Shown here: piece after piece, positions 29,449-37,654 of the stretch | Layout: every line of letters begins with the position of its first letter | Position numbering within the stretch: position 1 is the stretch's first letter | Source of the DNA: Candidatus Latescibacterota bacterium | Lineage (GTDB): Bacteria > Latescibacterota > UBA2968 > GCA-2709665 | Length of the DNA stretch: 64,000 nt | Direction of reading: 5' to 3' | Assembly: GCA_965208835.1 (NCBI GenBank) | Contig: OZ242358.1 | Span: 4,256,001-4,320,000, forward strand | Translations under genes and position numbers: made by a program | The notes under the pieces: generated by a model | What the model saw: only the letters and a program-made list of their open reading frames with translations | The model's database searches: none | Told to the model about the DNA's origin: nothing

Positions 29449-30057
29449 CTACGGCCGCCGGTCCGCCGCGGGCGGGCCAAGAATCTCATTGTAGACAATC
29501 GCCTTGCGGACCGTTTTCGGCTTGAAGTCGAGGTGGATTCTCCGGCGGCGGGTTCTGCGGCGAGGCGCCACGACCAGCGGTTGGACATCCGGCAAGCCGT
29601 CCTGCTCTCCTTCCGCCGTGGTTTCCGCCCCGTCGCCGCTTGTCACGGGGTACTCGTCCCCTGGCGCATCGAAACCGGCCGGCCGATACTCATCCCCCGC
29701 GTAGTTTTCACTCACAGGGCGTGCGCCTCTCACTTCCCGAAACTCTCTCCCGCCCGCAGGTTCACTGACAGGACGGGCGCCCCGGATTTCCTGAAACTCC
29801 GGTCCCGTGGGCGCCTCGCTCACCCGGCGTGTGCCCCGTACCTCCTGGAACTCCCCGGCCATTGGCGTCGGCCCGGTCGGTTCCGGTTCCTGGAAGATGT
29901 CAACTTCCGGTGGATCGGCGTCCGGAACGCCCATCGGCGGCATTTCGAGATCCTCTTCCTCAAACTCCCGACGACGACGGCCTTCCAGTATCTTATTGAT
30001 CAGCGAGGAGATCACACTCAACGCGATAAACAGGATGACAACGAGTTCGAAATTCAT
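29449..30057 (-). CDS. YqfB-like membrane-anchored protein with three 18-aa tandem repeats
   Basis: N-terminal TM helix; C-terminal KAIVYNEILGPP; directly downstream of floA; 54-bp repeats at 29692-29853. Confidence 0.7.
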   Translation of the reverse strand: MNFELVVILFIALSVISSLINKILEGRRRREFEEEDLEMPPMGVPDADPPEVDIFQEPEPTGPTPMAGEFQEVRGTRRVSEAPTGPEFQEIRGARPVSEPAGGREFREVRGARPVSENYAGDEYRPAGFDAPGDEYPVTSGDGAETTAEGEQDGLPDVQPLVVAPRRRTRRRRIHLDFKPKTVRKAIVYNEILGPPAADRRP

Positions 30058-30060
30058 GAT

Positions 30061-31059
30061 CTACGCGTCTCCACCGTCCCTGTCTTCTTCAGGACTGTCT
30101 TCGGTTTCCGCGATTCCCTCGCGCATCGAGGTATCCGCCTGGATATTCTGCATCCGGTAATAGTCCATCACGCCCAGATTGCCGCTGCGGAACGCCTCGG
30201 CCATCGCGCGCGGGACCTCCGCCTCAGCCTCCACGACTCGGGCGCGCATCTCGACCACCCGCGCGCTCATCTCCTGCTCGTGGGCCACCGCCATCGCCCG
30301 CCGTTCTTCCGCCTTCGCCCGGGCGATTTTCAGATCGGCCTCCGCCTGATCCGTCTGGAGTTTCGCGCCGATATTGTCGCCCACGTCCACGTCGGCGATA
30401 TCGATCGACAGGATTTCGTACGCCGTACCCGAATCCAGCCCTTTTCCAAGCACGGTCTTCGAAATGAGATCGGGATTCTCCAGCACTGCCTTATGCGTTT
30501 CCGAAGAGCCGATCGTGGTCACGATCCCCTCGCCGACGCGTGCAACGATTGTCTCCTCGCCGGCGCCGCCCACCAGCCGATCGATATTGGCGCGCACCGT
30601 GACCCGTGACGTGGCTTTGACCTGTATGCCGTCTTTCGCCACGGCCGTGACCATCGGAGTGGAGATCACCTTGGGGTTGACGCTGACCTGCACGGCTTCC
30701 AGCACGTTGCGGCCTGCAAGGTCGATCGCCGCGGCCCGTTCCGTGGTGAGATTGATCCCGGCTTTGTCAGCCGCAATAAGGGCCGTTACCACGTTCTCCA
30801 CGTGTCCTCCCGCCAGGTAATGCGCTTCCAGGAAGGAGGTGGGAATGGCCAGACCGGCCTTGGTGGCGCTGATCTGCGACCCAAGGATGATTCGCGGGGG
30901 AACGCGCCGCAGGCGCATCCCCACCAATTCGCCGATACCGATCCGGACGCGGGCCGCAAGGGCCGAGATCCACAGCCCGACCGGTATGAAATAGAAGAAC
31001 AGGAACAGCGCAACGATTACGGCGACAACAATAACGAGAAGTAAAACTGCATCGACCAT
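30061..31059 (-). CDS. floA: Flotillin-like protein FloA (YqfA/UPF0365)
   Basis: [49 protein letters not shown]. Confidence 0.93.
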   Translation of the reverse strand: MVDAVLLLVIVVAVIVALFLFFYFIPVGLWISALAARVRIGIGELVGMRLRRVPPRIILGSQISATKAGLAIPTSFLEAHYLAGGHVENVVTALIAADKAGINLTTERAAAIDLAGRNVLEAVQVSVNPKVISTPMVTAVAKDGIQVKATSRVTVRANIDRLVGGAGEETIVARVGEGIVTTIGSSETHKAVLENPDLISKTVLGKGLDSGTAYEILSIDIADVDVGDNIGAKLQTDQAEADLKIARAKAEERRAMAVAHEQEMSARVVEMRARVVEAEAEVPRAMAEAFRSGNLGVMDYYRMQNIQADTSMREGIAETEDSPEEDRDGGDA

Positions 31060-31116
31060 ATTTCAGCTCCCCTTGTATCTTCTACCGATTGAATCGATCG
31101 GACTCAAGTCAGGACA

Positions 31117-31425
31117 CTAATTGGCGTCCTCGGCTTTACGAACCACGATCCGGTTGCCTTCAACCTCGACGACCCTGATCTGGCTATCCCTTTCGATAAA
31201 CTCGCCATCCGCGGCCACGTTGACCCGGCGCCCGTCAATCAGCCCTGTACCCGATGGGCGCAGCGGCGTATACGCCACCCCTTCTTTTCCCAATAGCGCT
31301 TCATGTTCTCCGGTGGCTACGTAGCCGGCGGCGGCCCTTTCGTCGGCGTGGAGCACGAACCATCTCCACAACCCAACCGAAACTGCGACGGCCAGGACGA
31401 CCAGAATTGCAATGGCTTCAATCAT
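31117..31425 (-). CDS. Short NfeD-like protein (one TM helix plus OB-fold), duplicate of the C-terminus of the upstream NfeD
   Basis: GKEGVAYTPLRPSGTGLIDGRRVNVAADGEFI...VEGNRIVVRK. Confidence 0.8.
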   Translation of the reverse strand: MIEAIAILVVLAVAVSVGLWRWFVLHADERAAAGYVATGEHEALLGKEGVAYTPLRPSGTGLIDGRRVNVAADGEFIERDSQIRVVEVEGNRIVVRKAEDAN

Positions 31426-31469
31426 ACCGCGGCTCCGGTCCATCATCGACCATTTCTGGCCAGACCAAG

Positions 31470-31630
31470 TGTCCTGTCCCAAAAATTCCTCACCATTCGG
31501 CCGCCGATTCATCCCGTCTCGCTACGTTCCCCTCGCTCGCCGACCATACGCAGGTTGCCTGCGCTCAGGCGCCTTGCGAGACGGGCGACTCAGCGGCCGA
31601 ATCTAGGCAACTTATTTCCGTGACAGAACA
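31470..31630. mobile_element. 161-bp palindromic MITE family C
   Basis: Ends TGTCCTGTC / GACAGAACA, flanks CAAG/CTAG, internal arms TTCGGCCGC..CCCGTCTCGC / GCGAGACGGG..GCGGCCGAA. Confidence 0.6.
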
Positions 31631-31660
31631 CTAGCCCGTATGGGCTCTTTCAACAGGCTG

Positions 31661-33004
31661 CTAACTTGCCTCTTCGGTCTTGCGGACCACGATCCGGTTG
31701 CCTTCAACCTCGACTACCGTGATCCGGCTGTCCTTTTCGATAAACTCCCCGTCGGCGGCGACGTTGACCCGCCGCCCGTCGATCAGACCCGTACCCGCGG
31801 GACGCAGCGGCGTAAAGGCGACGCCCTCCTTGCCCAGGAGTACGTCGTGTTTTTCAGTGGCAATGTATCCAGCGTCGCTGCGTTCTTCTTCGTGAAGCAC
31901 CAGCCACTTCCACGCGGACGTGCGCGGCAGCATTTTCAACATTAAGCCGGCGATCAGAACCGTCGTCAAAAACGACAGCAATAAAGGCCGGGCGCCCATT
32001 CCCACGGACTCCCACGTCCACAATTCGGGTCGTCCCATCAGACTCAGGAACAGGCCTGCAATCATCAGCACGAGCCCCGGGATGGCCAGCACGCCGAATC
32101 CTGCTACAAAAAACAGGTCTGCGACGACAAGAATCGTCCCGATCAGGAATAGCAGCACTTCGGTCCAGTCGGCGAGTTCCACCAACAGATGGCTGCCGAA
32201 AAACAGGCCCAGGCAAACCAGGCCGATCGTGCCGCCGACGCCCCAACCCGGGCTCTGGATTTCGAAGATCAACCCCAGAAAACCGAGCGACATCAGCAGC
32301 GACGCCACAATCGGGTGGGTAAGCCAGCGCACCACCTGCTCCGACCAGTTCACCGACAGCCGGGTTACCCGCGCATCGTCCAGTTCGAAATGCGCCAGTA
32401 CCGCCCGTAGTTTCTCACCCTCCCCCGTTGCCGTAACCATGTATTCCGCGATCTTATTCGCAACAGCCTCGGTTGTGGTGAGCGTCAGCAGCTTTCCTTT
32501 CGGCGCGAGATCCTCCACATCAACGTCTTCGTCGACCATCGCCTCCGCCAGTTCGGGGGGGCGGCCCGTCTTCTCGGCGGTCGCTTTCATCTCGTTGCGA
32601 AAATAGGAGATTACCTTCTCGCTGGCCTTCTTGCCCTGCATGTCAACGGCCGTGGCCGCACCGATCGTTCCCCCCTCCACCATGACAATGTGCCGCGTTG
32701 CCAGTGAAATCAGGGCGCCCGCCGAGATCGCCCGGGGGTTGATGAAGGCAATGGTCTTCACTTCGCTGTATAGAATCGCGTCCCGGATGACCAGGGCCGC
32801 GTCCAGCGCGCCGCCAGGGGTGTCGATTTCGAAAATTACCGCCGACACGTCCTCTGCTTCGGCATCCTCCATCACCCTCGATATAAAGGCGGCGAGCCCG
32901 CGTTCAATGGTCCCCTCGATGGGCACGACGTAGACCGGACCATCCGCAAGGCAGGTGGCCGGCAGAAGCAGGAGGAACGCGAGAACCGCAAGTGAAACGC
33001 GCAT
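31661..33004 (-). CDS. nfeD: NfeD long form (ClpP-like serine protease + TM + OB-fold; YqeZ-like)
   Basis: IDTPGG, AISAGALI, EAMVD, GKLLTLT, C-terminal LRPAG OB-fold; upstream of floA. Confidence 0.9.
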   Translation of the reverse strand: MRVSLAVLAFLLLLPATCLADGPVYVVPIEGTIERGLAAFISRVMEDAEAEDVSAVIFEIDTPGGALDAALVIRDAILYSEVKTIAFINPRAISAGALISLATRHIVMVEGGTIGAATAVDMQGKKASEKVISYFRNEMKATAEKTGRPPELAEAMVDEDVDVEDLAPKGKLLTLTTTEAVANKIAEYMVTATGEGEKLRAVLAHFELDDARVTRLSVNWSEQVVRWLTHPIVASLLMSLGFLGLIFEIQSPGWGVGGTIGLVCLGLFFGSHLLVELADWTEVLLFLIGTILVVADLFFVAGFGVLAIPGLVLMIAGLFLSLMGRPELWTWESVGMGARPLLLSFLTTVLIAGLMLKMLPRTSAWKWLVLHEEERSDAGYIATEKHDVLLGKEGVAFTPLRPAGTGLIDGRRVNVAADGEFIEKDSRITVVEVEGNRIVVRKTEEAS

Positions 33005-33325
33005 TACGGAGAACTCTCCCCGCTGTTGTAATTCAGGCGACATGATCCTCAATATCAGTGTACCGCATTACAGGATAATTGTCAATGGCTTCGAAACGAC
33101 CGGCGGGGGTTAGCCCCAATTCAAATAAAACAGCAACAGGGCGTCGTGATAAAACCAACCGAAACGGGGACAAACGTCGTCCGGAAGGACATTTTTTCAG
33201 TTCACGTCCAGCGATCTGGTGTATCCTGGCAATCCGCAGTTTAATCGCCTTTATCAATTTGCACATATTCGAATCAATGTTCTTGAAAACATACAAATCG
33301 AGGTTTGCCATTGGCGTATTCCGGC

Positions 33326-33354
33326 TTGACATCAACACCGTATCCTTGTATTTT
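33326..33354 (+). promoter_or_regulatory. Sigma70 promoter for tRNA-Met
   Basis: TTGACA-N17-TATTTT, ~20 nt before the tRNA. Confidence 0.65.
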
Positions 33355-33374
33355 TTCGACCTGGTAATAAAGGT

Positions 33375-33450
33375 GGCGGCGTAGCTCAGTTGGCAGAGCA
33401 GTGGAATCATAATCCATGGGTCGGGGGTTCAAGTCCCTCCGCCGCTACCA
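33375..33450 (+). tRNA. tRNA with CAT anticodon, probably elongator tRNA-Met (Ile2 not excluded)
   Basis: GGCGGCG acceptor, TGGA-AT-CAT-AA-TCCA anticodon region, GGTTCAAGTCC, CCA; lacks initiator features. Confidence 0.9.
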
Positions 33451-33481
33451 AGATACCTGAACAGCGTCGATATGTGACGCA

Positions 33482-33515
33482 AGCTCCCGTGGTCAAATTC
33501 ACGGGGGCTCATTTC
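33482..33515 (+). terminator. Hairpin after tRNA-Met
   Basis: GCTCCCGTG / CACGGGGGC stem, weak U tract. Confidence 0.5.
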
Positions 33516-33571
33516 ATTCGGAGCGACTTCCAGGTCTTCCGCGAGAACGCATTGCCGACGTATAGGAAGCT

Positions 33572-33895
33572 CTACTGTTGACTCTTGTTTCGATGTATGT
33601 TTTTCAAGTCCTGGTGGAGATCGTCGAGGTCGTACTGGAAAGGCACCCTGGAGGCGCGCACGTAGTCCATCATTTCCCATAAGGACACGCCCGCCTCGCT
33701 GGCTGCACGCGCAAGGGTAGTTTTTCTTTGGCCGTAAAGACTGGCGTAATGCTCCAGCTTCCATTGATGAATTGCTTTCGACAGCAGCCGGCGGACCGTG
33801 GTTGAACGATCGGCCTGCTCGACGTTTTCGATCAACTCCAACGCGCGGACCAAATCCGACGGAAGCCTTGTGCCCACCATCTGTTCCATCTTCAT
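33572..33895 (-). CDS. UPF0175 family predicted antitoxin (RHH + HTH)
   Basis: DRSTTVRRLL; YGQRKTTLARAASEAGVSLWEM; YDLDDL; AGGGAGG SD. Confidence 0.78.
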   Translation of the reverse strand: MKMEQMVGTRLPSDLVRALELIENVEQADRSTTVRRLLSKAIHQWKLEHYASLYGQRKTTLARAASEAGVSLWEMMDYVRASRVPFQYDLDDLHQDLKNIHRNKSQQ

Positions 33896-33930
33896 GCTTC
33901 CACCTCCCTTGCGAGAATCTAAAAAAAGCA

Positions 33931-34992
33931 TCAGCCAGCGTCAACTTCATGCCGGATAAAGGGATGGGAACAGGGATACCCCTCCGTCGCCCACATCGTT
34001 CTTTGGGCCGGGCACAGGATGATCCCGCTGTCCGTATGCAGGCCGGCCTGCCCGTGCTGACAGATGCCCACGGGATCATCGTGCTTCCGGTACATTTGCG
34101 TCAGACCCTTGAAGCTCCTCTCAACGTCTTTCTCCACGTTTCGCAGTAACGAGATCCGCGCGTGGCTGTTGTCCAGGTACGGCGACGCCGGATCGTCCTT
34201 TCCGACCAGTTCCTTCCCAAGACAATGGTTGGTCTCCCACACCGCGGCCCCGGAAACGGAGGGGCGCCTGATGGTTTGTCCCGCCACGTGTTTTTCCAGA
34301 ATCGCCACGTCCCCGGTCGAGTCGCCCATCAACACGCTCATTCCGTGCATGGGGACCTCGAATCGGGCGCACAGCGCCGCGGCATCTTCGACGGTGCGGC
34401 ACTGTTCCGCCAACAATGGCAGGAGAAAGAGCACCGGAACGCCGCCCTGACGGCGTTTACATCCGGTCAGTCCCGTCATGCCGAACCCGAACCCGGCCTC
34501 GTTGACCGCCGCCGACGTCCAGATTGTTCCGACAAAGTGAATCTGGACGGAACGCAGTTTACCGGACGGCGCCGCGTGATGAATCGCATTGGCCCCAAGC
34601 TCCCTCTTCCCGAGATCGTCGGACTTCCCCAGCCATGCACGTCCATCCTCGTCCGCAAATCCGAAAACGGTGCACGCAGGCGTTGTGGACTCGTCCAGGT
34701 CGAAGACGAGATTGAGCTCGAACACGTCGTCAAACGGCAGGCCCGCGCCGATTGCGATCCCCTCGATTTCCCGGATCATGTCGGGAAACAACCCGTCGAT
34801 CTGCTTCGCCCAGAGGTCCACCTTTCGCTTCCGCGCTTCCGGACCCAGCCCCGGGCGCCAACCGCCATGCCCATTGGCAAAGTCCTCCCTGTAGCGATCG
34901 ATCAACCCTGCGATCCGATCCGATGCGGCGCGTCCGTGAGCGATACCGCGCGCCATCGGATCGCCTTCCGTCCGGAGATAAAACACAAGCAC
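33931..34992 (-). CDS. C45 family Ntn-hydrolase/acyltransferase (start uncertain)
   Basis: EIEGIAIGAG, ACTVFG (autoproteolytic Cys), AVNEAG, TNH. Confidence 0.75.
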   Translation of the reverse strand: MLVFYLRTEGDPMARGIAHGRAASDRIAGLIDRYREDFANGHGGWRPGLGPEARKRKVDLWAKQIDGLFPDMIREIEGIAIGAGLPFDDVFELNLVFDLDESTTPACTVFGFADEDGRAWLGKSDDLGKRELGANAIHHAAPSGKLRSVQIHFVGTIWTSAAVNEAGFGFGMTGLTGCKRRQGGVPVLFLLPLLAEQCRTVEDAAALCARFEVPMHGMSVLMGDSTGDVAILEKHVAGQTIRRPSVSGAAVWETNHCLGKELVGKDDPASPYLDNSHARISLLRNVEKDVERSFKGLTQMYRKHDDPVGICQHGQAGLHTDSGIILCPAQRTMWATEGYPCSHPFIRHEVDAG

Positions 34993-35000
34993 CCCGTCGT

Positions 35001-35906
35001 CTAACAGGAAGTCCCCTCGGGCACACGGGATCCCTGTTTCCCCATCGCTTCCGCCATCGCGCGTACGTGTTCCGGGCCGGCGCCGCAACAGGACCCCAGG
35101 TAACGGATATCGGCTTCCATGGCATCCATTGCGAACCGGGCGAACTGCGCCTTCGTGGCCGCGGGCCGGTCCCACCAGGAATGCCAGGCGGAAGGCTGGC
35201 AACACACAGGGATATCTACGGCCCGCCGCATACGGGTTGCGAAATCGAGCATTGCCGCGGGCGGGCAGATACAGTTCAATCCGACCACGTCGGCGCCGGC
35301 ATCCGCCAGCTGTCTGGCGCATTCCGCCGGCGAAATTCCATCGAACGTCTCCGCGTTTCCCGTTCCCTCCATGCTCACCGTAACCACAAGCGGGAGTCCC
35401 GTTCCTTTCGCGACGTCGAGGGCCAAGAGCGCTTCATCCAGCCACGAAAACGTCTCCAGTATCAGGAAATCAACGCCTTCGTCGCATAACCACGGAAGTT
35501 GCTCGTCCAGCCAGGCGCGCGTGCGGTCACGCTTTTCGGCGTCGGAGGGATCGTAGTCCATACAGGTGATCGTCGGGCTGTTCAGGTTGCCCGCAACCAG
35601 GGCATCGTCGCCCGCGACTTCCTTCGCGATCCGGCAGGCCGTGGTATTGATATCCTTCGCACGGTCCTCGAGTCCCGCCGGCTTCAGCATGTTCGACGTC
35701 CCGAAAAACGTGAGTGTCTGCAGCACCTCGGCCCCGGCGTCCTTGAATTCCTGCGTCAGCTTTCGCACCTCTTCGGGGTGGGTCGCCACCACCTGCGGCG
35801 TCATGGCGCCGGTTCTCACGAACCCCCGCATCCGCAGCGCCATCAGGTATCCGCCGTCACCCAATACGAAGCCTTTTTCCAGCCGCTGCAACAGGCTTTC
35901 AGACAT
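35001..35906 (-). CDS. Homocysteine S-methyltransferase family (betaine-homocysteine methyltransferase-like)
   Basis: LGDGG, LETF, GLNC, GSCCG Zn ligands. Confidence 0.88.
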   Translation of the reverse strand: MSESLLQRLEKGFVLGDGGYLMALRMRGFVRTGAMTPQVVATHPEEVRKLTQEFKDAGAEVLQTLTFFGTSNMLKPAGLEDRAKDINTTACRIAKEVAGDDALVAGNLNSPTITCMDYDPSDAEKRDRTRAWLDEQLPWLCDEGVDFLILETFSWLDEALLALDVAKGTGLPLVVTVSMEGTGNAETFDGISPAECARQLADAGADVVGLNCICPPAAMLDFATRMRRAVDIPVCCQPSAWHSWWDRPAATKAQFARFAMDAMEADIRYLGSCCGAGPEHVRAMAEAMGKQGSRVPEGTSC

Positions 35907-35959
35907 CTGTCAATATGCCTTTCGCCAGTCAAGAGAATCGTTGGTATAATTAAAGTCGG

Positions 35960-36085
35960 TGAGAGGGGAGACGGAAGACGGTAGATGAAGGCCTTGCCCG
36001 ATAGTTTTCTCCTACCTGACTGCGGCCAGAGCTGAAAACTTACATGGCATGCGATCTCTCACCTCTTACGTCTCACGTCTTACCC
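35960..36085. repeat. Repeat family B, diverged copy 3
   Basis: AGACGGTAGATGAAGG..TGCCCGATA core; CTCACCT/CTTACGT/CTCACGT heptamers at the right end. Confidence 0.55.
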
Positions 36086-37372
36086 GGTGGACGGGCCGGA
36101 TGAGTGGCGTGATTCTCGCCACGCCTCCTCCAACAACGCAACTGCGGCTTCCCGGATCTGCGCCTCGGATTCCATCTCAAGCGGCGCGAACAACACCTCA
36201 CCGTCTCCCTCGATTCGTGCGCGCTCAGTTGGCAGATATCCGACCTCGGGACAAGGGTTGCACAGGAGCAGAACCCTGTCGAACGCGGCGGCCTCACGAA
36301 TGGCGAACGACGTCTCCACGAAGGGCTCGCCGGGAAAGTGGACCAAAGCGCTGTCGCCGAGTACGACCGCATGAAAATCAAACCCGCAGGTTGGCCGATC
36401 CCGGTACGTTTCCGCCAGCCAGTATTCGTATCGCGCGAGTCCCTCTGCGGCGGGCGGATTCGCCTCCCATTCCTTCCGGGCGGCCTCGACTTCGGCCACG
36501 GGTTGCCGATCAATCTGAATCGTGTGCTTGAAGCGTCCCAGTTCCACGTCCGCTTGCGGCGAGAGCCCGTCGTATATCTCCAACGCCGTTCGTGCCAGCG
36601 ACCTGCCGATTCGGCCGCAGGGGTCTTCCGTTTCGCGTACGGGATGTACGTTGCCCAGCGCACCCGGAATGAAAAGCCCGTCGATCCCCCTTTCGGCAAG
36701 CTCCTGGACGACCACGCCCGGGTAGTCCGCCGAGACGTTGCCACGGAGGTCCCACAGAGCCAGCGCATGACATCCGAAATTCGTCAGCGCGATCGGCCGC
36801 CTGCCGTCCCGGTCGAATCGCACGACGCCCACCTGGAGATCCACCGCGTCATAGACAAGATCGTCCGGCGGTCTGGGAAACTCCGTCAGCGAGACCATCC
36901 GCAGATTGCCGTGCTCATCGTGCGCCCGGCGGTTGTATTGCAGACCTTTTTCCGCCAGGCCCGTGCCCACCGCCACCCGCGCCGGCGAAACGTCGGCCCT
37001 GGCCATGCGCACGGCCTCCGCGGCGGCGCGCGCGTAGTGCGCCTCGTTGCCGAATTCCTTCAACGCCTCCGTGGGCTGATTCACGTAGAACTGGAACAGC
37101 GTGGGTCCGGTGCCCATATGGCTTGCGCCCGGGAGGATCCAGGCGGGGTCCACGTCCGTCTCCGCCAGCTCCCCGGCCATCATGTCGAAACAATAATCAT
37201 CGAACAGGAACAGGTCCGCCGCCAGAAACGTCACCTGCCGGTCGCCCTGCCGAACGTGGAGCGCCCGAAAGTAGATGGGATCGTAGATTTCAAACGACTC
37301 GTGCGCCGCGGGCGTAATGTCTGCCTTCCCGAAACCCGCCAGTATCTGTCCATCAGGGTTCGATCCGCTCAT
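36080..37372 (-). CDS. Neutral/alkaline ceramidase-like amidohydrolase (hypothetical)
   Basis: AGFGKADITP, DPIYFRAL, ASHMGTGP, NRR, NFGCHA, SADYPG, PGEPF, GYLPT. Confidence 0.72.
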   Translation of the reverse strand: MSGSNPDGQILAGFGKADITPAAHESFEIYDPIYFRALHVRQGDRQVTFLAADLFLFDDYCFDMMAGELAETDVDPAWILPGASHMGTGPTLFQFYVNQPTEALKEFGNEAHYARAAAEAVRMARADVSPARVAVGTGLAEKGLQYNRRAHDEHGNLRMVSLTEFPRPPDDLVYDAVDLQVGVVRFDRDGRRPIALTNFGCHALALWDLRGNVSADYPGVVVQELAERGIDGLFIPGALGNVHPVRETEDPCGRIGRSLARTALEIYDGLSPQADVELGRFKHTIQIDRQPVAEVEAARKEWEANPPAAEGLARYEYWLAETYRDRPTCGFDFHAVVLGDSALVHFPGEPFVETSFAIREAAAFDRVLLLCNPCPEVGYLPTERARIEGDGEVLFAPLEMESEAQIREAAVALLEEAWRESRHSSGPSTG

Positions 37373-37466
37373 TAAAAACGACCTCCTGACTGAAACCGCA
37401 GACTCCCCTGCGGTCCGTCCATGTCCGGGCCCTGGTTTCCGGCGGGCAGAACAATGCCGACATTGC

Positions 37467-37589
37467 ATCATAATATCTGCATCATTCACTGTCAAGTCGC
37501 GATCAGGCGCGCTCGGCGTACCCCCGGTTGTAAAATGCCCGCTGCATGAGATTAATCGCTTGACAACCCGAACCGCCCCGGCCTATATA
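37467..37589. promoter_or_regulatory. Divergent sigma70 promoters
   Basis: Minus strand TTGACA(37495)-N17-TATGAT; plus strand TTGACA(37560)-N18-TATATA. Confidence 0.55.
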
Positions 37590-37654
37590 TCACGCGCATG
37601 AGCAGGAACAACAGCGTTGACAGAGGCTGAAGATAACCTGTACCGGGAATTACG

